From Candidatus Zixiibacteriota bacterium (GTDB lineage Bacteria; Zixibacteria; MSB-5A5; JAABVY01; JAHJOQ01), in NCBI GenBank assembly GCA_018820315.1, contig JAHJOQ010000073.1:81281-145280 (forward strand): a DNA stretch of 64,000 bases, given 5' to 3'. The stretch's first letter is position 1; every line of letters starts with the position of its first letter. Shown piece after piece: positions 49,254 to 59,086 of the stretch. The position numbers and the translations under genes are program-made. The notes below the pieces were generated by a model. The model made no database searches and had not been told where the DNA came from. It saw only the letters and a list, made by a program, of their open reading frames with translations.

Positions 49254-50935
49254 TGTTTGCTCCTTTGGGGGTTATCCTTTTTATGCTGGTAATCTTTCCA
49301 TCATATCTCTCAACGATTTTTTGGATGTCGGGGTTCTTCCTGAAGACATCTTCCGGACTAATATCAAACCTCGGATCGAGTGTCATCTTCGGTTCATCCA
49401 GCCGCAACCCGGGATCCGTCTCCACTCGGAATTTGACAAACCTTCCATAGTATTTTTGGAGCTCCATCTCGAGCTGCTTGATCTTCGCCGACGTCAACAA
49501 AGTATCAATACCGGAATCAGGAGGGAAAGTCAACTGCAGGATGCCGTCACTGACAAATTCCGCGTTGCCTTTCCTGAGCATCATCGAAAGCATGCCGTTG
49601 ATCTGTGTGTAGCCGTCCAGAAATCCCTTCCATCCGGTGCCGGGTTTATCCGAGGGGGCTTTACTCCGCACTTCCTCATCGTCCCCGGCAGGTTTATTCA
49701 GAATCGGGCTTTTTTTTTCCGCCGGTGAAGACTCTCCCGACGATGTTCCATTAAAGAGATCCTTGGGAGGGGCGGATTCCTGTCGCGATGAAGAGATCTC
49801 CGAAAGTTTCTTGAGCACGTCAGCAAGAGTGGCGGTCGTGTCCATCCTGGCCAATCTCAGCAGAGCCATTTCGAGGAATATTCTCGGCTCGGCACCTTCT
49901 TTCAGTTGTTGTCTCAAGTCGGAGATTACCTGCACCATTCGAAGGATGTCGCTTTCGGAGAAATAGCCCTCTTGTGCAACGTACTTCTCGATGTAAAGGT
50001 CTGAGAGTTCGAGAAACTGGGATGGTTCCGGTACAGAGGCAGTGATCAAGAGATTTCTGAGATGCTCCTGAAAGTCGATCAGGAATTGTCCAATATCGGA
50101 TCCGCTCTCAGTTAATTTCAAAACCTGCTCAAGTAGTGACCTGGTGTCGTGATTATGGATCGTCTCAGTTAGATTAAACAAGAGGTTTAGATCGACAAGA
50201 CCGAGTGCATCGGAGATTAATTCAACAGTGACACCATCATTGGCGTAAGCCAGCACCTGCTCGAACAGCGACAGCGCGTCGCGCAGTGATCCATCACCTT
50301 TCCTGGCGATCAGCGCGAGGGCATCGTCGGTGATATTGATATTTTCTTTCTCGGCGGCGCTTCTAAGACTTTCCGTCAACTTGGTTAGTGGTATCCTCCT
50401 GAAATCGTAGCGCTGCGCCCGGGAGAGAATCGTCGCCGGCAGGTTGTGCGGTTCAGTAGTCGCAAACATGAAGACAACGTGTGCAGGAGGTTCTTCGAGA
50501 GTCTTGAGCAACGCATCGAACGCTGCGCCGGAAAGGCGGTGCACTTCATCGATTATATATATCTTGTACCTGCTTCCGGCAGGAGCGTAGCGGACATTCT
50601 CACGCAGATCGCGTATGGAATCGACACCTGTGTTCGACGCAGCATCGATTTCGATGACATCCATCGACGATGATGAAACGATCTCCCTGCAGTTGACGCA
50701 TTTCAGGCACGGTTCCGCAGTCGGTCCCTCAACACAATTGAGGGCTTTCGCCAGGATTCGCGCAGTTGACGTCTTCCCAGTTCCTCTCGTGCCGCAGAAG
50801 ATGTATGCGTGAGCGATTCGTCCCATCTGGACGGCCTTCTTCAGCGTCTCAGTGATATGCTCCTGCGCAACGATCTCGTCGAACGTCTGAGGGCGGAGTT
50901 TCCGTGCAAGTACCAGATATGTCACGAATTCGACA
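49246..50935 (-). CDS. dnaX: DNA polymerase III subunits gamma/tau
   Basis: AAA+ P-loop (GTRGTGKTS), zinc module (CLKCVNC), SRC motif. The preferred GTG start gives MTYLVLARKLRPQTFDEIV, matching E. coli MSYQVLARKWRPQTF. Confidence 0.9.
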
Positions 50936-50945
50936 GCTCCATATT

Positions 50946-51218
50946 TGACCCGTGCACCCACCTCCGATCCCGCTGACCTAACAACGGTACGGCCAGTTAG
51001 CTCAGGTCAAGCTTCCCCGCATCACACTCAAAGACATGCTTACCGCTGCTTCCTTCCGGACCTGACGGGATTGGGCAGCCTCAAGTTGCACGGGACCTGA
51101 CCGTCAACACCACTTAACCGGGCCGTGCAAGCTGCTGACGGACCTCGGGTGGGCATCAGTCCCGGTATAGCGGATTCCGGGTAACAGGGCACCGCTAGCT
51201 CCCCACTTAGCACGGGAA
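50946..51218 (-). ncRNA. ffs: Signal recognition particle RNA, long (Bacillus/Alu-domain-containing) form
   Basis: The minus-strand sequence contains the domain IV motif GUCAGGUCCGGAAGGAAGCAGCGGUAAG. A 5' Alu-domain segment GUGCUAAGUGGGGAGCUAGCGGUGCCCUGUUACC... closely resembles B. subtilis scRNA as recalled from memory. The 3' end ...GGUGGGUGCACGGG abuts the dnaX start, the classic ffs-dnaX arrangement. Confidence 0.8.
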
Positions 51219-51736
51219 TATTTTCGCGCGCCTTCAGCCTATGTGCTCGGCTCGGCGAATCATTACTCGCCATATAGCCGAAAACGAACAGACTGAATAT
51301 AAGACTTTCGCACGGCGTGGGCAAGTGTCGGTTGCCTCAAGGTCTCGAAAAGATGGCTTTCACTCCCAGTTTCAGTCTGTCGCTGGAGCATTTTATCTTC
51401 TGCGCATGCCAGCGCAATCATATATGGTTGTACGGTTGCACTTTTTGTGAATCTGATTTGTCTTCGAAATCAGGCGATTTCGCCTTTCTGCGCCCGACAG
51501 CTCGATCTTCCATCACACAAATCCATGCGACCCCGTCAGTGTTTCGTAAGTGCTTGTCGCACTGTAAGTTCTTTCGGCACGTGTCAGTGACTGGATTCTG
51601 GCTGAAATGTGTTTAGGTTCGAGAAATTTCCTGCAAATCGGTTCATTAATTGCTGACTTCATAGCTAAGTATTGGGATTGATGCTGAAGAATACATATTA
51701 ATAGTATATTCGAGTATTATCAGAAGGAGAGAGCAC

Positions 51737-52378
51737 ATGAAATTTATCTTGCTCACACTGGCTATTGTTAGCCTTCTCGCTTCGTCGGCGTTCGGCTTCA
51801 CAGGTTGGCTTTCGACGCCATCAGGAGTGACTGGCACAGGAATCTGGGCTGACAACTTCAAGATATCCTGGGATGTCACTCAGCAGGGCAATGACTGGTA
51901 TTACGAGTACTGGTTGACACAGACCAATAATGAGCCTCTGGTTGTAGGTGCTGTCAGTCACTGGCTGCTGGAAGTCTCACCCCGTACTGATACGGGAACA
52001 GACTTCTGGGGATTTAGTGGTGGAACAGAGGTGCAGGACAACTGGCAGACAGCGGCTGGGTTCACATTTGTCGGACGTGCTCTCAAGCTCGACTATGGTG
52101 CGACGCATTACTCATTCTATTCCAACCGCGCCCCGGTGTGGGGTGACTTCTTCGCGAAGGATGGCACCGCCGGAAACGACCAGGGGATCTTCAATTATGC
52201 CTGGAATACCGGTTTCTTTGATCCGGACCCGATGGATGCTCCATCCGATGGTTCGATCGGATATAAGATTCTGCGGCCGGATACGTATACTGAGGTTATC
52301 CCGGAACCGACCACTCTCGGACTTCTCGGATTGGGACTACTTGGTCTGGGCACCCGGTTACGCAAGAAATCCATGTAA
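51737..52378 (+). CDS. PEP-CTERM sorting-domain secreted protein
   Basis: Signal peptide. The C-terminus VIPEPTTLGLLGLGLLGLGTRLRKKSM has a PEP motif, a hydrophobic helix and a basic cluster. Preceded by a ~500 bp AT-rich non-coding leader. Confidence 0.8.
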   Translation: MKFILLTLAIVSLLASSAFGFTGWLSTPSGVTGTGIWADNFKISWDVTQQGNDWYYEYWLTQTNNEPLVVGAVSHWLLEVSPRTDTGTDFWGFSGGTEVQDNWQTAAGFTFVGRALKLDYGATHYSFYSNRAPVWGDFFAKDGTAGNDQGIFNYAWNTGFFDPDPMDAPSDGSIGYKILRPDTYTEVIPEPTTLGLLGLGLLGLGTRLRKKSM

Positions 52379-52465
52379 GCTTTCTGACGTTGAAGAGCGG
52401 ATATTCAAGGCGCTGATTTGATCAGCGCCTTTACTTTTTCTTATGATATTGAATCGTCTTAACTA

Positions 52466-52496
52466 AGAAGACCCTCGTTAGAGGGTCTGATATTTT
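52466..52496. terminator. Bidirectional intrinsic terminator between the PEP-CTERM gene and tRNA-Ala
   Basis: AGACCCTCgttaGAGGGTCT followed by gatatttt on the plus strand; the reverse complement reads as a hairpin followed by ucuuaguu. Confidence 0.6.
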
Positions 52497-52571
52497 GGTG
52501 GAGCAGAGCGGGCTCGAACCGCCGACCTGTACGTTGCGAACGTACCGCTCTCCCAGCTGAGCTACTGCCCC
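52496..52571 (-). tRNA. tRNA-Ala (anticodon CGC), CCA encoded
   Basis: GGGGCAGUAGCUCAGCUGGGAGAGC...anticodon loop UUCGCAA...GGUUCGAGCC...CUGCUCCACCA, with the G3:U70 alanine identity pair and a canonical cloverleaf. Confidence 0.9.
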
Positions 52572-52816
52572 ACGGCTGACCAATAATAAAGCGAGACCGG
52601 GACATTTACAAGAGAATTCTGCTCAACTTAGTGCGAGATCAATACACCAACAAGGTGTCGACAATCCAGCAAAGTGATCATTCGGAGCGCTCCAGCGGAG
52701 TGCCATCGGCCTTCCCGAAGACATACCAAGCCTGGTTTTCCGGACAGTGAGTCCTCGTGCGGCGGCGGCAAGTAATACGGATGAGCGACAGTGCGAGAAA
52801 GCTGACTCTTGATCTA

Positions 52817-53230
52817 TTATTGCGATCTAAGGCGAGGATCTCCGAAGTTAGCCGCTGTAAGAGTCTTCTTGAGGCTGTCCTGAACTTCATCCCAGAATGT
52901 CTTCATGGAGCAATTGCTGAATCGGCTGCATCCACAATCGATGTCTGAGCCTGCGCACAGATTCACCTGAAGTGGACCTTCCATAGCTTCCACGACATCC
53001 AGGAAGGAAACTGTCTCTCTCGGTTTCGCGAGTTGGTAACCGCCGGTGACACCCTGAAATGACTTCAGGATTCCTGCTCTGGTAAGCTCTTTGAGAATCT
53101 TGGCGAGAAAGTCGCGAGGTATAGCTTCTGCTTCCGCGATCTCCGATATGGAGCTTTTCTTCTCCGGTTTCTGTCCTGCGATATACGCCAGTGCCCTGAG
53201 TGCGTAGTCGGATTTTCTTGAAATGTGCAT
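52817..53230 (-). CDS. Rrf2-family transcriptional regulator (IscR/NsrR-like, 3-Cys cluster ligands)
   Basis: MHISRKSDYALRAL...wHTH, and a C-terminal CAGSDIDCGCSRFSNC cysteine cluster. Confidence 0.85.
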   Translation of the reverse strand: MHISRKSDYALRALAYIAGQKPEKKSSISEIAEAEAIPRDFLAKILKELTRAGILKSFQGVTGGYQLAKPRETVSFLDVVEAMEGPLQVNLCAGSDIDCGCSRFSNCSMKTFWDEVQDSLKKTLTAANFGDPRLRSQ

Positions 53231-53584
53231 AATTCCTCACTGCTTGAGACAACTTCTAGCTGTTTGCAATTCCAACATGGATAATACCGAACTCCAAACA
53301 CCACCATTATAACCCGTTCAGTTTACGCATTTTCCTTTGCAACGCAAGGGAAAAATTCCTAATTGGAACCATTATCTACACATTGAACCGATCCCGATCT
53401 CTCCAGGTTCCCGGCAGGATTACCAGGTCGGTCCATCTGGGAAGGCAGACGATGCAACGGTTGCCAGTGTTCCAGCTAAGTCGTTAATATGGAATAGATT
53501 ATAAGCGTGGGTGGTGGTGGGTGAGCTATAGTTGAGTTCTTCGCGGGTATCAGACGTCTGAGATACGAATCGGGTTGATCGCCG

Positions 53585-54124
53585 TCAGGATGAAATGCAA
53601 TCCGGGATCAAATCTCTAAGGAGGGATCGCAAGTGAGAGTCAAGATTTGGGTTAAATCCTTGCATTCTGTCTATAATCTTCCCCGATGCATCGAACACAA
53701 TGAGTGTTGGAATCGCGCGTATACCAAACCTGTTACCAAGAGCGCGACTCTGATCCAGCATTACATCGTAAGGCATTGGATATCGTGCAAGAAATCGCTC
53801 CACTTTATTCTGCGATTCACCGAGGTTAATAGCGATCACTTCCAGGCAATCGTGGCTCTTCAGACTTTCGTAGAATCGATCCAAGACGGGTATCTGTCTC
53901 TTGCACGGTCCGCACCATGAAGCCCAAAAATCGAGTATGACCACTTTGCCGGCGTAGTCGGAGATGGCAAAATCGGCGCCATCGACGATCCTTGGGTGTT
54001 CACCTTCGGTCGCGTCGGCGGAGGTGTTGGCTGTGGATGTCGCCTCATTGTCGGTATTCAACAGAAACTTGTACGCCAGGAAGAGCAGGACAAGCGCAGC
54101 TACAAGGATAGTGTATTTCTTCAT
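53585..54124 (-). CDS. TlpA/ResA-like periplasmic thioredoxin (thiol:disulfide oxidoreductase)
   Basis: Signal peptide or anchor, then WASWCGPCKRQIP (WCxxC thioredoxin motif), 179 aa. Confidence 0.85.
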   Translation of the reverse strand: MKKYTILVAALVLLFLAYKFLLNTDNEATSTANTSADATEGEHPRIVDGADFAISDYAGKVVILDFWASWCGPCKRQIPVLDRFYESLKSHDCLEVIAINLGESQNKVERFLARYPMPYDVMLDQSRALGNRFGIRAIPTLIVFDASGKIIDRMQGFNPNLDSHLRSLLRDLIPDCISS

Positions 54125-54264
54125 TCTTCACCTCAGTTCGCTCATGATGTCATCGCCATCTTATTATAATCAATTTGCAGTGTCGACCGCAACAGGAGAA
54201 AACTCCGAATGAGACAAGGATGTCATACTGACACAATGAGGATTGCCTTAGTCATGAAGGGAGA

Positions 54265-55119
54265 CTACTCGACCGAGAACTCTCCATCAGAAGAAGCGAT
54301 GACGTCCTTGTAGTTGTTGGCAGCGAATTCGTTCAAGACTATGATAGCAATTCGTCGGTTGCCGGGGTTCCCTGGATCGTTTTCAAATCTCGGTTGATTG
54401 GCTGCGAATCCTCTGATTTCCTTGATCCGCGATTCATCCATGCCAGCGCTCAGCATAACGCGTCGCGCAGTATTAGCGCGATCGGCGGACAGCTCCCAGT
54501 TAGTGTAATTCGCACCATCCCGATACTTCTTGCTGTCAGTGTGACCTTCGATCACTACACTGTAGGAGAGTGTCGAGATTTCGGCGGAAATAGCATCCAG
54601 GATCGCCTGACCATCTATGCTCATCTCTGCAGATCCGCTCGCGAAGAATGACGATTTGTCATTGTTCTCTATCAGCAGTATCCTGAGGCCGTCAGGTGTG
54701 AGCTCGATATCGATCTGGTTTTTGAATCTTGTGAAGCTGCTCATAGACTCGAGCTTTTCGCCGATTCTCTTGCCGACATCTTTGAGACTCTTGAAGGTCT
54801 CTGCGGCTTTTTCTTGACGTTTCAGATCCTTTACGGGTTTGCTCCCGGACCCATCCTTGAACAGCCCTTTCTTTCCGGGAAGGACTCCCTCGGCGCCGGC
54901 TCCTGAGAGGCCGCCCGGGTCCCTGAAATATTGGGCGACATTTTCCTTGATTGAGTCATCAAGGCTGACAATCCACATGACCAGGAAGAATGCCATCATC
55001 GCGGTGACGAAATCCGCATAGGCTACTTTCCACGCCCCGCCGTGATGGCCGCCGTGGCCACCCTTCTTCTTCTTGATTATGATTGGCTGCTGATTGTTGT
55101 CCTGATTCTCGTCGACCAT
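54265..55119 (-). CDS. motB: MotB-like stator protein (OmpA-like C-terminal peptidoglycan-binding domain)
   Basis: N-terminal TM with the conserved Asp (AYADFVTAMMAFFLVMW) and a C-terminal OmpA/MotB domain (ANTARRVMLS...RRIAIIVL). Unusual K4-GGHGGHHGG N-terminal stretch. Confidence 0.8.
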   Translation of the reverse strand: MVDENQDNNQQPIIIKKKKGGHGGHHGGAWKVAYADFVTAMMAFFLVMWIVSLDDSIKENVAQYFRDPGGLSGAGAEGVLPGKKGLFKDGSGSKPVKDLKRQEKAAETFKSLKDVGKRIGEKLESMSSFTRFKNQIDIELTPDGLRILLIENNDKSSFFASGSAEMSIDGQAILDAISAEISTLSYSVVIEGHTDSKKYRDGANYTNWELSADRANTARRVMLSAGMDESRIKEIRGFAANQPRFENDPGNPGNRRIAIIVLNEFAANNYKDVIASSDGEFSVE

Positions 55120-55130
55120 GACTCCGGTGC

Positions 55131-56000
55131 TTAGCCTTTCTTTTGTTTAGCTTCTCTGCAGGCGTCTTCGACTTCTTTAAATGTAGGCCGGACTTCCGGT
55201 GAGATACCTCGGCGTGCGAACTCGGCTACGAACGACGGAACATATCCTCGGTTGAATCCAAGCAATCCTTGTTTGAGGCACTTATAATAGCCGAGAGCCT
55301 CATTCGTCTTCTGCTCGATGTTGATTGTCAACGGCTGAACGAATCCGTAGGATGCGAGAATTCCAAGAAACGTGCCGACTAATGCCGCTCCGACCTTGTG
55401 TCCTATCACTTCGGGGGGACCATCGATAGCACCCATCGTGATAACGACACCGAGCACGGCGGCAACGATACCGAAACCGGGCAGCGCATCACCAACTTTG
55501 CTGAGTATGCCGGTCGGTGTTTCCTCTTCGCTGTGATGCGAATCCAGATCCAGGTCCATTATTTCATCAAGTTCGTGCCCCGGCACCGCTCCGGTTGTGA
55601 TGCTGCGGACAGTGTCGCAGAAAAACGCGACAGCGAAATGGTCATTTATGAATCGTTTGTACTTGTTCAAGATTTCGCTTTCATCTGGTTTCTCAATGTG
55701 AACTTCCAGCGCGATGACGCCGTCTCGACGAGCTATATTGAAGATTTCGTACATCATCACGAGCAGCTCTATGTAATCACTTTTCTGTGGGCCGGACTTG
55801 GTAATGCTCAAAACCTGGTGAATCATCCTCTTCAGTGTTTTCAGGGGAGTTCCGATCAGGAGCATGCCCATAGCTGCGCCGCCGATAATTAGGAACTCGG
55901 CGGGCTGGTTAAGGGCGAGCGGATGTCCACCCTCCCATATGAAACCGCCTACTACAGCTCCGAGTACTACCAGAAAGCCTAGCAATGCGAGCATACTCAA
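55131..56000 (-). CDS. motA: MotA/TolQ/ExbB-family proton-channel stator protein (MotA-like, 289 aa)
   Basis: Four TM segments with the large cytoplasmic loop between TM2 and TM3 that is typical of MotA/PomA. Adjacent to motB. Confidence 0.8.
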   Translation of the reverse strand: MSMLALLGFLVVLGAVVGGFIWEGGHPLALNQPAEFLIIGGAAMGMLLIGTPLKTLKRMIHQVLSITKSGPQKSDYIELLVMMYEIFNIARRDGVIALEVHIEKPDESEILNKYKRFINDHFAVAFFCDTVRSITTGAVPGHELDEIMDLDLDSHHSEEETPTGILSKVGDALPGFGIVAAVLGVVITMGAIDGPPEVIGHKVGAALVGTFLGILASYGFVQPLTINIEQKTNEALGYYKCLKQGLLGFNRGYVPSFVAEFARRGISPEVRPTFKEVEDACREAKQKKG

Positions 56001-56230
56001 GTCCTCTCGTGAAGAAGCAGTCCAAGCGTCAGTAGCATTATCGTCAACATTTCGACATTCCTTAACCGTTAAGCCACAAGCAGATCACAACCAGGCGCCG
56101 GAGACAGTTGCATAGCAGATCGTCAATAGTTTTTGTGCACGTAGCGCTCGGTTGTGCTTATCCAATATCTGACATTGGAGGTGCTCTCGATAAAGAGATC
56201 GACCAAATTCCGAATTTTAGGCGGGCATGT

Positions 56231-56773
56231 CTACTTTGAGGCAGATGACACGAGAATGTGCACGCCTGTTGTCTGGCCAGGGGTATATTCGAAACCTTTG
56301 AAGTCGGGTGAATCCTCGTTATGGCATCCCAGGCAAGCTGTTTCGCCGGCGACTACCAGGCCGAGTTCAATCGCTTTGCCAAGGTCCTTCATTACTCGCA
56401 TTTTGCGATATTCGGATCCGGGCCCGTGGCACGACTCGCACTCGACATTCTCAATCAATGTGCCGTCAGCCTTGATGCCGGTCGAGTGGCAGCGGATGCA
56501 TTCGGGGCTGGTTGGCTGGTCGCCCTCAAGAAGCGTTATCGCCCTGGCATGTTTTGTGCCTCTCCACGATTCGTAGATCTCGAAGTGACACAATCTGCAT
56601 TTTTGGGCACCGACGTATTCCAAATCTGGTGCCTCCATGCTGTCAGCGGCGATCAACACAGCGGTGAAGAAGTGATCTGTCTCCGGGTTGTTGTGGCCCA
56701 AAAGTGCGAAAGAGAGAAGCGTTGCAACAGTCAGAATGACAAGAAGCGATGTGATGCCAAATGCTTTAGACAA
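56231..56773 (-). CDS. Membrane-anchored tetrahaem c-type cytochrome
   Basis: Four CxxCH motifs (CRLCH, CIRCH, CESCH, CLGCH) in 180 aa with an N-terminal signal or anchor. Confidence 0.85.
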   Translation of the reverse strand: MSKAFGITSLLVILTVATLLSFALLGHNNPETDHFFTAVLIAADSMEAPDLEYVGAQKCRLCHFEIYESWRGTKHARAITLLEGDQPTSPECIRCHSTGIKADGTLIENVECESCHGPGSEYRKMRVMKDLGKAIELGLVVAGETACLGCHNEDSPDFKGFEYTPGQTTGVHILVSSASK

Positions 56774-57045
56774 AGCGAATCCTCAATCAAAGTTGTGCGA
56801 TAAGTCATCGGTGGCGAGAATTGCATTGTATCGGACTCGCCACGGTGCCTCGCTCGGGGTGAATATATCTCTCGGCAGGACTCTGTCAAGATTAAACGGT
56901 CAGATTTGCATTGCGATTACAATCGATCTTATTTATTATCATCGTTACTGAATAAGTTGACGAAAGGAAACTTCTGGAGACACCACTAATCACGTCCCCG
57001 ACCGGCATTCTCGCAATCCTTGCAGGCGTCTGTTCGTTCTTTTTC

Positions 57046-58179
57046 ATGCTGGAGAAGAAGACCGGTTGGAAGATATTCAATTTCTTTCCTCCTCTGATTT
57101 TCATCTATATGATTCCTGCGGTATTGTCGAATACCGGTGTGATGACTAATGACTCTCCAGTGTATGGCTGGATGAGCGATTTGTTGCTGCCGCTGTTTCT
57201 GACCATCATGCTGCTCGATGTCGACGTAAAGGGAGCCGTAAGGGTAATGGGGAGAGGGATCTTTGTCATGTTGCTCGGCACCGTCGGAGTCATTGTCGGC
57301 GCACCGATCGGCTACTTCTGCGTCAAGTCCGCGCTCGATCCGGAAGCGTGGCGCGGATTCGGAACTCTCGCCGGAAGCTGGATCGGAGGAACCGGCAATA
57401 TGGCGGCTGTCAACGAGGCTTTGAAGACAATTCAGGGTGTCGATCCGTCGATTGCCGAACAGATTGCTGCCAAGAACTATGGACTTGCCGCTATCGCCGA
57501 CAATATGGTTTATCTCATTTGGTTGCCGATCATGCTCGGTTCCAAGAACCTGGCCAAACGATTCAATAAGTTTACCGGAGTTAGTCAGAAACGGCTCGAT
57601 GATATGCATGCTGCCGCGGGCGAGCTGAGCACCGACAAGGGAAAAGTGGAGATGAGGCATATTCTCTATCTCCTCTTCTTCGGACTTGCGGTGACATTTG
57701 TCGCGAGTTCTCTTGCAGGCGTGCTGCCTACCAAATCTCCTATCCTCACAGCCAGCACATGGAAGATACTCCTCGTAACTTCGTTGGCCTTGCTGCTGTC
57801 TCTGACCAGAGCGAGGAAAATCCCCGGATCGCATCCTCTCGCCATGGCTCTGGTCTATCTGTTTGTGGCCAAAATGGGAGGAAGCGCCGATATTTCCGGA
57901 CTCGCGGAAGATGCACCATGGTTCGTTGCGGGAGCATATATCTGGATATTCATTCACGGAGTATTCTGCCTGCTCGGGGCGAAGATCTTTAAAGTTGATG
58001 TTCATACAGTCGCGATTGCGTCGGCCGCTAACATCGGAGGCGCTGCATCTGCGCCAATAGTAGCCGCATACCATAATGAGGCGCTCGTACCCGTCAGCAT
58101 TCTGATGGCGCTGATTGGTTATGCAATCGGCAACTACGGTGCACTTGCCGCCGCATGGCTGTGCTCACTCGTTGCGTAG
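57046..58179 (+). CDS. Polytopic membrane protein, possibly DUF819 family (putative transporter); start may lie further upstream at a non-ATG codon
   Basis: ~10 TM helices, 377 aa. The family assignment is from memory and is weak. Confidence 0.4.
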   Translation: MLEKKTGWKIFNFFPPLIFIYMIPAVLSNTGVMTNDSPVYGWMSDLLLPLFLTIMLLDVDVKGAVRVMGRGIFVMLLGTVGVIVGAPIGYFCVKSALDPEAWRGFGTLAGSWIGGTGNMAAVNEALKTIQGVDPSIAEQIAAKNYGLAAIADNMVYLIWLPIMLGSKNLAKRFNKFTGVSQKRLDDMHAAAGELSTDKGKVEMRHILYLLFFGLAVTFVASSLAGVLPTKSPILTASTWKILLVTSLALLLSLTRARKIPGSHPLAMALVYLFVAKMGGSADISGLAEDAPWFVAGAYIWIFIHGVFCLLGAKIFKVDVHTVAIASAANIGGAASAPIVAAYHNEALVPVSILMALIGYAIGNYGALAAAWLCSLVA

Positions 58180-58350
58180 CGATTGTCCTCGACCCCATTC
58201 GATCCAACTTCTGTAGATAGTTCATTGACATCTTTAGGTGCTTGTGGCAGCTTTGGTGACCCGTCGAAATGTGCGGCGGGAATGTATCCGGTGTGGGAGG
58301 AACTAAAGATGAGTCACACTGCTCGTTCCTGATTCCCGAGAATTAGCAAG

Positions 58351-59001
58351 TCAATGTTTCCGTAACACTGCATGCACCTCCGCATGCTGTTCCGGCGGGT
58401 TATCGACATGCTTATGTACCGGGCCGAGACCTTCCCAATGATAGACAGCATCGAAGCCGTCGAACAGTTTAAGAATTTCATTCGGTTCCAGAAATGTTCT
58501 CACGCCACCTGAAGTGGTGATGAATGAATTCGTGCCGATCTGCTTCTCTTTCGAGAAGCGCTCGTACGATGGATCATCTTTTCTGAATGCGAGCACGAAG
58601 ACGAGACCGTCATCGGTTAGCCATTTGTGAATTTTGTGGATGAGGAAAGATATATCCTCCCATCTAAGGAGCTGGATGATTCCAAACAGCAGGATTGCGG
58701 AATAGTATCCATCCTCAACTCGAAGGTCCTCAAAGCTCACATTGCATGGGTTGATCAGGAGGTTTTGCTTTCTTGCGCGGCTTGCGAGATGCTCGACTGC
58801 CACATACGAAGTGTCGATTGCGTCAACATTGAAACCTTGTCCGGCGAGGAAGAGTGAATTGCGCCCCTGCCCGGCGCCGATATCGAGCACCGGCTTGCTT
58901 CTATTGATTAGTCGGCAGTGATTCTCAAGCATCTCATCCGGCTTATCACCGAAATAGTTAGAATGCTCGCTATATATGCTATTGTACTGCTTCTCCTGCA
59001 A
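58351..59001 (-). CDS. Class I SAM-dependent methyltransferase (TehB-like)
   Basis: Motif I VLDIGAGQGRNSLFLAGQG, 216 aa. Confidence 0.8.
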   Translation of the reverse strand: MQEKQYNSIYSEHSNYFGDKPDEMLENHCRLINRSKPVLDIGAGQGRNSLFLAGQGFNVDAIDTSYVAVEHLASRARKQNLLINPCNVSFEDLRVEDGYYSAILLFGIIQLLRWEDISFLIHKIHKWLTDDGLVFVLAFRKDDPSYERFSKEKQIGTNSFITTSGGVRTFLEPNEILKLFDGFDAVYHWEGLGPVHKHVDNPPEQHAEVHAVLRKH

Positions 59002-59086
59002 GTTTCATACTCCTAATCCTCACTCGATCGTTGCGGCAGACGCGTGTACCTGCCGCAAATGAAATGTTCGAAAGCAGCCGTTACAT

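Noticed and set aside
51040-51324. 94 aa minus-strand ORF, plus 51241..51450 and 51317..51616 plus-strand ORFs
   Set aside because: They overlap the SRP RNA gene and its flanks, or the AT-rich leader. No coding signal.
53560-53600. Partial REP-like sequence (ccgtcaggatgaaatgcaatccgggatc)
   Set aside because: It shares only one arm (CCGTCAGGA) with the REP palindrome and has no inverted partner. Likely coincidental, or a decayed copy.
53633-53920. 95 aa plus-strand ORF with a strong AAGGAGGG RBS
   Set aside because: It lies wholly antisense inside the well-supported TlpA-like thioredoxin gene (WCGPC motif) and has no recognisable features. It is probably a chance ORF, although the RBS is striking.
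54265-56000. MotA/MotB pair as a Zorya (ZorAB) anti-phage system
   Set aside because: ZorA proteins carry a very long C-terminal tail (>600 aa), whereas this MotA is a canonical 289 aa stator protein. No ZorC/ZorD-like genes are adjacent.
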